Assembly: GCA_043814605.1 (NCBI GenBank)
Contig: JBDRJV010000035.1
Location: 10,275-74,274 of the forward strand
Direction: 5' to 3'
DNA: 64,000 nucleotides
DNA from: Candidatus Omnitrophota bacterium
Lineage (GTDB): Bacteria > Omnitrophota > Gorgyraeia > B26-G9
A model generated the notes under the pieces. The model made no database searches. It was not told the origin of the DNA and worked only from the letters and a program-made list of their open reading frames with translations. Within the stretch, counting starts at the first letter, position 1; each line of letters opens with the position of its first letter. The translations under genes were made by a program, and so were the position numbers. This document shows positions 56,574-64,000 of this stretch, in pieces.

Positions 56574-57679
56574 TGTTTATTTTTCCTTTTTTCTCTTAAA
56601 AGCATACTTTGCGCATAGTCCTGAGCGATATTAATCCGTTTTTGCGTTGATAAATAAAAATCAAAACCAGAGAGAATAAAATTTTCTTCCGGAATATTTA
56701 AATCTGTTTCCCGAATCAATACTGAAATAAATGCATCCGGAGCATTAGTAATTTGCAAAATAAATAAATCTACTGTTTTTTCGATGTTGTTCTTAATCAC
56801 ACTGCTCAGCAAAAAAAATACCAGAAAAACAAAAAATAATAGTAACAGCAGAACCGAAACAGTAGAAATATAAAATAAAAACTCAAATTTAAAAATACCC
56901 GCAGCCTTTTCAAACATCACGCTGACTAAATAAAATCCGAAAAAAACAGCGATTGCCGGTATCAGGATGAATTTCCAAACATATCCGTAATAATGATACG
57001 CCGCTTCCCGGGTGAAAATAACCCCGATTTCTTCTTTTGCATACTGCACGCTATTTTCATTTATAAAAAGCTTGCGTCCCGGCTCAAACCCCACAAGCAT
57101 TGCTTGCGGTTTTAATTTATAATCACGCAAAAGAACAATATCATTTATACTAAATCCGATTTTTCCCGCTAAACTCCGTAAATACTCTTTCCGGGATTCA
57201 TCCGCCCAATCAATTTTACGGTAAAACATAATCGTCAAATAACGCCAGAAAAACTTATCCGTAAAAATATAAGTAAAAAAACAAATCAAGGCTGTAGGAA
57301 TCCACCAGGTCGTAGTATCTGATTCTAAAAAATAATAAGCAACTTGAGAAAAAAATAAGAAAAAACAAAATATTTTTATTTCTTTTTTTAATACCCTATC
57401 CCGCCATTGTTTAAAACTCTGCTGCGGTTGTGCATACTTTGGCCTGAGAATAAATTCATCGTAAATTTTAAGGCCAAGCGTAAAAATAAAATAGGACAGA
57501 TAAAAAAATAAACAAAATAGGGTAATCACAATAATTGAGTTGCCGGTAATTAACCGGATGAACTCTAATAAGCTTGAGGAAAAACTGTAAGACATTATCA
57601 GCAGAAAAAAAACAGTTAAAAAAAGATGCAGATAAAAAATAATTTTCTTTTTTTCTAAATAAACCTTGTCTGCTTTCAT
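56570..57679 (-). CDS. Multi-pass membrane protein (hypothetical)
   Basis: 369 aa, with 7 or more hydrophobic helices and Phe/Leu-rich stretches. No family was recognised. Confidence 0.3.
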   Translation of the reverse strand: MKADKVYLEKKKIIFYLHLFLTVFFLLIMSYSFSSSLLEFIRLITGNSIIVITLFCLFFYLSYFIFTLGLKIYDEFILRPKYAQPQQSFKQWRDRVLKKEIKIFCFFLFFSQVAYYFLESDTTTWWIPTALICFFTYIFTDKFFWRYLTIMFYRKIDWADESRKEYLRSLAGKIGFSINDIVLLRDYKLKPQAMLVGFEPGRKLFINENSVQYAKEEIGVIFTREAAYHYYGYVWKFILIPAIAVFFGFYLVSVMFEKAAGIFKFEFLFYISTVSVLLLLLFFVFLVFFLLSSVIKNNIEKTVDLFILQITNAPDAFISVLIRETDLNIPEENFILSGFDFYLSTQKRINIAQDYAQSMLLREKRKNKQ

Positions 57680-58201
57680 TTAAAATTCCTTACGTGATAG
57701 ATTATTGCGAATATGGTTAAATATTGCAATATATTCGCCGGTTGCGTAATCCGGGTATGTCCAGTCCCAGGCGGTAAAAGTCTTACCGCGAAAACGCAGC
57801 GTAACTTCTGCAAAGATACCTTTATCCAGGTACAGCCGATGCTGGTGGTCTTTAGTTGTGGCCAGGACCAGTTTAGAAAGAGTTAAATACCCGGGATCAA
57901 TATTGATCCGGCGTTTTTTATTTTTTCCCGCGAAAATATTTTCTAGCTTATTCGAATATAGCTTTATTTTCGCTAGATCCCTAACACAAATCTCACGTTT
58001 AAAGCTTAAAAATTTTCTTTTTAATCCTGTTCCCATTTCCGGCTCATAGTAATCTGTGAAATTAAAATCAATAATTTTGCTTTCAAAATCAAGCTCTCCA
58101 AACTTTTTGATTAATTTTTTAATCACCGGAATGAATAATTTTACCGGCCCAATCAAGCCGATAATTAATTTTACTTTGGGGTGTTTACAAGGAATACCCA
58201 T
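57680..58201 (-). CDS. Hypothetical protein (probable start ATG 58199-58201)
   Basis: Open frame. The track start at 58231 is a TTG inside the heptad repeat. MGIPCKHPKVKLIIGLIG is the first ATG-initiated N-terminus. Confidence 0.4.
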   Translation of the reverse strand: MGIPCKHPKVKLIIGLIGPVKLFIPVIKKLIKKFGELDFESKIIDFNFTDYYEPEMGTGLKRKFLSFKREICVRDLAKIKLYSNKLENIFAGKNKKRRINIDPGYLTLSKLVLATTKDHQHRLYLDKGIFAEVTLRFRGKTFTAWDWTYPDYATGEYIAIFNHIRNNLSRKEF

Positions 58202-58207
58202 ATTTTT

Positions 58208-58527
58208 TAGGTTGCAGGTTGCAAGCCGCAAGTATTATTTCATATGTAGTGTCTCAATGTAAAGTTTACAAATAACGGCTAAGGTTGAACGGTTACGATG
58301 TCCGCCGGAGAAGCAGCGAGACCTCGATATGCATTGTAGCGGGCCCGTATCGTCAATCGGTTACGGTGACGTATTTTTAATGCTTTGCACACGTTGCCGT
58401 TGTAAGTTGCCGAAACAGGCTTCGTTACCTTCACTTTTTACCAAATAATATAAATTTGAAAATACACCCTTGAGATTATACATTTCATGTTCTGTCTGAT
58501 ACCTGTTACCTGAGACCTGACACTTGT
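58208..58527. repeat. Composite intergenic element: inverted heptad-repeat arms (58208-58232, 58495-58525) flanking a roughly 260-bp ORF-free, GC-richer core (candidate MITE-like element or ncRNA)
   Basis: Left arm TAGGTTG CAGGTTG CAAGCCG CAAG. Right arm CTGATAC CTGTTAC CTGAGAC CTGACAC TTG, the reverse complement of a CAGG/CAAG heptad array. The core has no ORF of 60 aa or more on either strand. It contains the palindrome cgggcccg and the direct repeats cggttacg (twice) and gttgccg (twice). Confidence 0.55.
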
Positions 58528-59556
58528 TTATTTTAACGTACGAAAATTTTTTTTGATCATTTGCATATTATCCTGGCCAAATCTTTCCATAAAACAATCC
58601 GCCAGAACAATCGCCGCCATTGCTTCTGCGATAACTCCGGCTGCCTCAACTGCGGAAATATCCGAACGCTGAATTGATGCCTTTACTGTTTTTTTTGTTT
58701 TAAGATCTATTGTGGACAAAGGATTACCTAAAGTGGCAATCGGCTTCATCGCACAGCGGGCAATAATCGCTTCGGAATTACTCATGCCGCCTTCAATGCC
58801 GCCGGCATTATTTGTTTTCCGGTAGAACCCTTTTGTTTTTGAATATAAAATTTCATCATGTACTTGTGAGCCGAATTTATCCGCAACTTTAAATCCCAGC
58901 CCGAATTCAACCCCTTTTATTGCCGGAATAGACATTAACACTGCGGCAAGACGGGCATCCAAGCGCCGGTCATAATGCACATAAGAACCCAATCCCACTG
59001 GTACATTTTCCGCTTTTACTTCAAACACACCGCCTAAACTATCTTTACGTGATCTGGCTAAATCAATTTTTTGCTTTATTTTTTTTGTGTTTTTTTCCGC
59101 GCCCACACTAATAACTCTGCTGGATAAGCTAATTCCAAATTCTCTTAAAAACAATTTGCACAAAGCTCCGGCCGCGACGCGGACAACTGTTTCCCGCGCG
59201 GATGCGCGTTCTAAAACACAGCGCATATCCGAAAATCCATATTTTATCGCCCCGCTTAAATCCGCATGCCCCGGACGCGGTTGGCTGATAGGATCCAGCT
59301 GATTGATTTTAAAATCTTTGTTTTTAATTAGTAACGCCACGGGAGAACCAATTGTTTGAGCCCCTTTTATCCCGGATAAAATTTTTACTTTATCTTTTTC
59401 AATCTGCATTCTCACGCCGCGGCCATAACCCTGCTGGCGGCGGGCCAGCTCACAATTTATAAAATCAATATCTAAACCTAATCCTGCGGGAAGTCCTTCA
59501 ATAATCGCAACCATACATTCCCCGTGTGATTCTCCTGCACTCATAAATTTTAGCAT
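58528..59556 (-). CDS. aroC: Chorismate synthase
   Basis: MSAGESHGECMVAIIEGLPAGL N-terminal signature and the GR.SARETV motif. Confidence 0.9.
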   Translation of the reverse strand: MLKFMSAGESHGECMVAIIEGLPAGLGLDIDFINCELARRQQGYGRGVRMQIEKDKVKILSGIKGAQTIGSPVALLIKNKDFKINQLDPISQPRPGHADLSGAIKYGFSDMRCVLERASARETVVRVAAGALCKLFLREFGISLSSRVISVGAEKNTKKIKQKIDLARSRKDSLGGVFEVKAENVPVGLGSYVHYDRRLDARLAAVLMSIPAIKGVEFGLGFKVADKFGSQVHDEILYSKTKGFYRKTNNAGGIEGGMSNSEAIIARCAMKPIATLGNPLSTIDLKTKKTVKASIQRSDISAVEAAGVIAEAMAAIVLADCFMERFGQDNMQMIKKNFRTLK

Positions 59557-59606
59557 GCTTAACCTCTCTTATTTTTATTATAATTTTTAAAAATTTTTAG
59601 TTTCTT

Positions 59607-60608
59607 TCAGAAGCAGAAAAAATAATTTAAAATATTTTTACCCCAAATAATCGCAATAAATGTTGCAATTGATAAATACGGCCCGTAAGGGATGACTTCT
59701 GCCCCGCGGGTAAGTTTTGCCGTAATTCCCACAATCGCACCAAAAAAAGGCGCGAGAAAAAATATCAATATGGCCATTTCCCAGCCTAAAATCGAACCGA
59801 TCATTGCCAGAAATTTTACATCTCCGCCGCCCATGCTTTCTTTCTTAAAAACAATCTGCCCGAACTTACCAATTAAATAAATACTTCCACCCCCAACTAA
59901 AATTCCCAGTATTGACTGGATCAAAGAATTTATGCTGGAAGAGGCGTTATGCAGCTGCGGAAAAATTATACTGAATAATATCCCTAATACTAACCCGCCC
60001 AAAGTGATTTCATCCGGGATAATCTGAAAATCAAAATCAATAAATGTTGCAGCGATTAAAGCGCAAGTAAGCGCTCCGTAAATAAAAAAATGACTGGTTA
60101 AACCAAAAAAATTATAAAGGATAACCAGAAGTACAGCTGTAATGAATTCTACTAAAAAATAACGGAAAGGAATTGTCTTTTTGCAAAAGCGGCATTTACC
60201 GCCTAAAAAAATATAGCTTACAAAAGGAATATTATCATACCAAAGTATGGGCTTTTGACAATAAGGACAAAAAGACCGCGGGGGATCATTAACAGATATT
60301 TTACAGCTTGCTTTCATTATTTTATAAATTTGTTCTTTTTTATCCTGAGGGCAACCTTCAATTTTAAATTTATCTGATTCTTTAAAATCAGTAAAAATTT
60401 TTCCGATATTCCCGTCTTCATCAATATATTTGTTATCCATTAAGTTTTTCCAAACTTTATTTACTGCCAAATCATCTTTTAAAATCAGTTTTAATTCATC
60501 CGGTATAATTCTTTTCATTTTCGGCATGCGGTAAATACAAACATTTAAAAAACTGCCGATTAATGACCCAAATAAAAATATGATTATTTTAATTAAGCTT
60601 TGCGGCAT
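59607..60608 (-). CDS. Prepilin (type IV leader) peptidase, A24 family
   Basis: N-terminal TM, the Zn-binding cytoplasmic CPYCQKP..CRFCKK pair, and a C-terminal multi-TM peptidase domain. It overlaps aroE by 16 nt. Confidence 0.75.
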   Translation of the reverse strand: MPQSLIKIIIFLFGSLIGSFLNVCIYRMPKMKRIIPDELKLILKDDLAVNKVWKNLMDNKYIDEDGNIGKIFTDFKESDKFKIEGCPQDKKEQIYKIMKASCKISVNDPPRSFCPYCQKPILWYDNIPFVSYIFLGGKCRFCKKTIPFRYFLVEFITAVLLVILYNFFGLTSHFFIYGALTCALIAATFIDFDFQIIPDEITLGGLVLGILFSIIFPQLHNASSSINSLIQSILGILVGGGSIYLIGKFGQIVFKKESMGGGDVKFLAMIGSILGWEMAILIFFLAPFFGAIVGITAKLTRGAEVIPYGPYLSIATFIAIIWGKNILNYFFCF

Positions 60609-61537
60609 TTGGCAAGTTCCTTTTCTAACGCCTTTCTCATAATATCTATTGGCGCTTCCTTTTCTATCCAGATTTCAAAAGCAATAACTCCTTGATATAA
60701 AAGCATGCCTAAGCCACCGGTTGCTTTGAGCCCTTTTTGCTTAGCATCTTTTACAAGTTGAGTTTCGCGGTTATACACAACATCATAAACTGACAAATTT
60801 TTATGCAACAAATTCTTATCAATTAAAAAATCATTTTCTTCTTTCATTCCGACGGGTGAGGCATTGACTAATAGTTGTACTTCTTTAATTTTTTCTGCAA
60901 TCTCTTTTTCTACAATAAACTCAATCTTTTCCTGCATTATTTTTGGCCAGATTCCCGGTAAATTCTTAAAATGATTTTTTGTTTCGGCTAGTTGTTTTTC
61001 ACTTTTATCAAAAACAAAAATCTTATGCACATTATGTTGTTTCCAACTTAACCCGGCAATAACAGCACGACCCGCTCCGCCGCAACCGAACAAAAGAACA
61101 TTTTTGTGTCCAGATCCTAATTTGAACTGTAAATCATTTTCTAATGACTGAATAAATCCTCCCGCGTCAGTATTATAATAATCTAATTTATCCTCTGCTT
61201 TTTTGACTGTATTGACAGCACCCGTTAAAATAGCATCCTGCAAATTTGTTTGAACATTATCATTAATTTCAATCGGATTAATTTTTGTTAAAATTTCTTT
61301 AGTTTTTATTTTATGCGGAATCGTAATATTAAATCCTTCTAAATCTTTTCTGTTTAACAAAAAATCTTCCAGTTTCTCTGGCTTGACTTCAAAAAGCTTG
61401 TATTCTGCATTGATCCCTAAATGAGAAAAAGCGGCATTGTGCATTGCCGCTGAAAAACTGTGCTTGACCGGATAGCCGATTAAGCCGTATAGTTTTTTAT
61501 TTCTCTCTGCCATAATCTTGTATTTCCAATTGATCAA
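60593..61537 (-). CDS. aroE: Shikimate dehydrogenase
   Basis: LYGLIGYPVKHSFSAAMHNAAFSHLGINAEYKLFEV and the NADP-binding motif GCGGAGRAV. Confidence 0.85.
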   Translation of the reverse strand: MINWKYKIMAERNKKLYGLIGYPVKHSFSAAMHNAAFSHLGINAEYKLFEVKPEKLEDFLLNRKDLEGFNITIPHKIKTKEILTKINPIEINDNVQTNLQDAILTGAVNTVKKAEDKLDYYNTDAGGFIQSLENDLQFKLGSGHKNVLLFGCGGAGRAVIAGLSWKQHNVHKIFVFDKSEKQLAETKNHFKNLPGIWPKIMQEKIEFIVEKEIAEKIKEVQLLVNASPVGMKEENDFLIDKNLLHKNLSVYDVVYNRETQLVKDAKQKGLKATGGLGMLLYQGVIAFEIWIEKEAPIDIMRKALEKELAKCRKA

Positions 61538-63069
61538 AGACGGATGTTTTGAGATTTCTTATTCTTGAATAAAATCCGGTTCACCGCATTTAAATATGCC
61601 TTAGCTGAGGCCTCGATAATATCCGTACTCGCCCCGCGTCCGCTGATTTCTTCTTTTTTTATTCCCAGCTTTACATTAACCTCACCCAAAGCATCTTTAC
61701 CACGAGTTACCGCCTGGATCGAATAATCAAGTAAACGCGCTTTAATTCTTGTGATTTTTTCAATTGCTTTATAACACGCATCGACCGGCCCGTCTCCGTA
61801 GGAAGTGGCGGAAAAGTTTTTTTTCTGCTTTTTCAGTTTTACAGTTGCTTGCGGATTAATCGTATTCCCGCCATGAAATTCCAGCCCTTCTAATGCCCAA
61901 ACCTCTGGCAATCCCTGTATTTGTTCCTCAACAATAGAAATTAAATCTTCCTCAAAAACTTCTTTTTTCTTATCTGCTAATTCTTTAAACCGGGTAAATG
62001 CATCTTGTAATTGCTGTTTATTAAGTTTAAACCCAATCTGCCCCAATCTTTGAAAAAGCGCATGCCGGCCGGAATGTTTGCCTAAAACTAAACCTTCGCC
62101 GTAAAATCCCACATCCTCCGGTTTGATAATTTCATAAGTCTGGCGTTTCTTTAAAACCCCATCCTGATGAATGCCTGATTCATGGCGAAAAGCATTACCG
62201 CCAACAATCGCTTTATTCGGCGCAACCACAAATCCGGTCAGCTTACTCACCAGGCGGCTGGTTTTATAAATTTCTTTTGTTTTAATCGAAGTAATTATAC
62301 CTTTAAACTGCTGCGGCCTTGTCCTGAGGCTTAAAACAATTTCCTCAAGTGCGGCATTTCCGGCCCGCTCTCCAATACCATTAATTGTACACTCAACCTG
62401 TCCGGCGCCATTCTTAATTGCAGATAATGAATTCGCCACAGCTAATCCCAGATCATTATGACAATGCACTGCAATGATGGCTTTATTGATATTCGGCACA
62501 TTATTGCAAATAGCTTTGATCAGTGCGCCAAATTCATCCGGCTGCGCAAATCCGACCGTATCCGGGATATTTACCGTTGTTGCGCCAGCTTTAATTACTG
62601 TTTCCACAACTTTAAACAGAAATTCCGGTTCAGTACGCGAAGCATCCTCCGGTGAGAATTGAACATCATTTGTAAATTTACGCGCCTGTTTAACCGCATT
62701 TATGGCAATTTTTAGAATTTCGCTTTCCGCTTTTTTTAATTTATATTTCATGTGAATTTTGGAAGTTGCTAAGAAAACATGTATCCTTTTTCTTCTGGCT
62801 GGTTTTAACGCAGCTGCAGCTGCTTCAATATCTTTATTCAGAGAACGCGCTAAGCCGCAGATTGTTGCTCCTTTTATAATTTTTGCGATATTTTTCACGG
62901 AATTAAAATCTCCGGGTGAAGATATCGGAAATCCAGCTTCAATCACATCTACGCCTAAGCGCACCAGCTGATGTGCAACCTCTAACTTTTCCTGATCCGA
63001 CAAACTTGCCCCGGGAGCTTGTTCTCCGTCTCTTAATGTTGTATCAAAAATTATTATTTTCTTCGCCAT
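61534..63069 (-). CDS. leuA: 2-isopropylmalate synthase (or citramalate synthase) of the LeuA family
   Basis: [14 protein letters not shown], the [17 protein letters not shown] motif, and a C-terminal regulatory domain. Confidence 0.85.
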   Translation of the reverse strand: MAKKIIIFDTTLRDGEQAPGASLSDQEKLEVAHQLVRLGVDVIEAGFPISSPGDFNSVKNIAKIIKGATICGLARSLNKDIEAAAAALKPARRKRIHVFLATSKIHMKYKLKKAESEILKIAINAVKQARKFTNDVQFSPEDASRTEPEFLFKVVETVIKAGATTVNIPDTVGFAQPDEFGALIKAICNNVPNINKAIIAVHCHNDLGLAVANSLSAIKNGAGQVECTINGIGERAGNAALEEIVLSLRTRPQQFKGIITSIKTKEIYKTSRLVSKLTGFVVAPNKAIVGGNAFRHESGIHQDGVLKKRQTYEIIKPEDVGFYGEGLVLGKHSGRHALFQRLGQIGFKLNKQQLQDAFTRFKELADKKKEVFEEDLISIVEEQIQGLPEVWALEGLEFHGGNTINPQATVKLKKQKKNFSATSYGDGPVDACYKAIEKITRIKARLLDYSIQAVTRGKDALGEVNVKLGIKKEEISGRGASTDIIEASAKAYLNAVNRILFKNKKSQNIRL

Positions 63070-63166
63070 GTTTTCACCATACCTTTTTAAAAACTCTAAA
63101 CATCAAATTCTAAACCCTAAATAAACTACAGAATTTTCTTTAAGAAAATTTTTGGCCTTTGGTCTG

Positions 63167-64000
63167 TTAAACTTCTTTTGAATCTATCCACTTCATCATT
63201 TTTCTTAACTTTCTTCCCACAACCTCTAGGGGATGATTTCGATCGGCTGCTTCCAGAGCTTGAAAGTTTTTCTTGCCCTGTGCGCATTCTTTAATCCATT
63301 CCCGGGCAAAACTGCCATTCTTTACTTCTGCAAGAATTTTCTTCATTTCTAGTTTTGTTTTATCCGTAATAATTCTCTTGCCCCGAGTTAAGTCACCGTA
63401 TTCGGCAGTGTTCGAAACAGAATACCGCATATAACTTAACCCGCCTTGATAAAACAAATCTACAATTAATTTTAATTCGTGTAAACATTCAAAATAAGCA
63501 ATTTCCGGCTGATAGCCAGCTTCAATTAAAGTTTCAAAAGCTTTCTTAACTAACTCAGATACACCGCCGCATAAAACAACCTGTTCGCCAAAAAGGTCTG
63601 TTTCTGTTTCTTCCTGGAAAGTTGTTTCAATAATCCCGGCGCGTGCCCCGCCAATACCTTTGCCATAAGCCAAAGCAATATCCCGGGCCCGGCCGGATGC
63701 ATCCTGAAAAATAGCGATTAAACACGGGACTCCGCCGCCTTTTTCAAATTCGCTGCGGACTAAATGTCCCGGCCCTTTCGGAGCAATCATAAATACATCA
63801 ATATCCGGCTTGGGCACAATCTGTTTAAAGTTAATGTTAAACCCGTGCGAAAACATAATTGCTTTCCCTGCGGTTAAATTCGGCTTAATATCCTTTTCAT
63901 ATAACTTTGCCTGAAATTCATCCGGCACAAGAATCTGAATAATATCTGCTTCTTTTGTTAGTTCCGAAGCCAAAACAGGTTTAAAGCCGTGTGATTTTGC
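63167..64000 (-). CDS. ilvC: Ketol-acid reductoisomerase, C-terminal part (gene continues beyond the window end)
   Basis: [58 protein letters not shown] is the KARI catalytic domain. The frame stays open to position 64000. Confidence 0.85.
   Translation of the reverse strand, partial: AKSHGFKPVLASELTKEADIIQILVPDEFQAKLYEKDIKPNLTAGKAIMFSHGFNINFKQIVPKPDIDVFMIAPKGPGHLVRSEFEKGGGVPCLIAIFQDASGRARDIALAYGKGIGGARAGIIETTFQEETETDLFGEQVVLCGGVSELVKKAFETLIEAGYQPEIAYFECLHELKLIVDLFYQGGLSYMRYSVSNTAEYGDLTRGKRIITDKTKLEMKKILAEVKNGSFAREWIKECAQGKKNFQALEAADRNHPLEVVGRKLRKMMKWIDSKEV

Noticed and set aside
58290-58330. Possible SRP (4.5S/Ffs) RNA because of GGAGAAGCAGCGAG resembling the domain IV GGAAGGAAGCAGCC
   Set aside because: Only the 8-mer GAAGCAGC matches, and about two chance occurrences are expected in 64 kb. 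The flanking sequence does not form the helix-8 symmetric and asymmetric loops or the GNRA tetraloop. I kept only the generic candidate-ncRNA call for the element.
9952-58527. Heptad-repeat arrays considered as CRISPR arrays
   Set aside because: The repeat unit is 7 bp with no unique spacers, the arrays are under 100 bp, and no cas genes are nearby. This is inconsistent with CRISPR.

Overview
The window is a 64-kb AT-rich bacterial chromosomal segment (roughly one-third GC by eye). All of the roughly 48 protein genes lie on the minus strand and are tightly packed, often with TAATG or ATGA overlaps. I found no rRNA, tRNA or CRISPR.

Genes recognised from the translations, in coordinate order:
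- a siroheme-dependent alternative haem biosynthesis cluster: hemL (partial), two AsnC-like siroheme decarboxylase subunit homologues, an AhbC/AhbD/NirJ-type radical SAM enzyme, and hemB;
- TrkH/KtrB and YggT;
- three consecutive large proteins with Sec signal peptides whose mature parts look like cytoplasmic enzyme folds (a PEP-utilising Enzyme-I-like domain, a class-I SAM methyltransferase fold, and a phosphosugar-isomerase-like motif);
- three tandem B12-binding radical SAM paralogues, then a CrtI-family FAD oxidoreductase translationally coupled to recJ;
- an ICMT-like membrane methyltransferase;
- a cassette of an outer-membrane protein, cstA and a small membrane protein, bracketed by two about 88%-identical copies of a roughly 250-bp structured repeat;
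- an HI0933-family flavoprotein, a GT39-like membrane protein, a YacP/NYN protein, rlmN, yraN, a TonB-dependent receptor, waaA, xerC/D and topA;
- a chemotaxis operon: an MCP with a periplasmic CXXCH motif, cheW, cheY, cheC, cheD, cheB, cheA, cheC, then an FtsA/PilM-like ATPase with a C-terminal array of VNG-motif repeats;
- a porin-like outer-membrane protein;
- a two-subunit Tat-exported [NiFe] hydrogenase with its maturation protease;
- era, a CDF transporter, a DUF523 protein, a multi-pass membrane protein, a hypothetical, aroC, a prepilin peptidase, aroE, leuA and ilvC (partial).

The things I would look at first:
- the exported enzyme-fold triad;
- the B12-rSAM triplet with its CrtI-like oxidoreductase;
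- the repeat-bracketed cstA cassette, whose repeat carries hairpins and a conserved mini-ORF;
- a family of intergenic elements built from 7-bp (heptad) tandem repeats, one of which flanks a roughly 260-bp ORF-free core upstream of aroC;
- an attenuator-like leader between hemB and the haem radical SAM gene.

All calls rest on reading the supplied translations and the DNA by eye. No database search was run.
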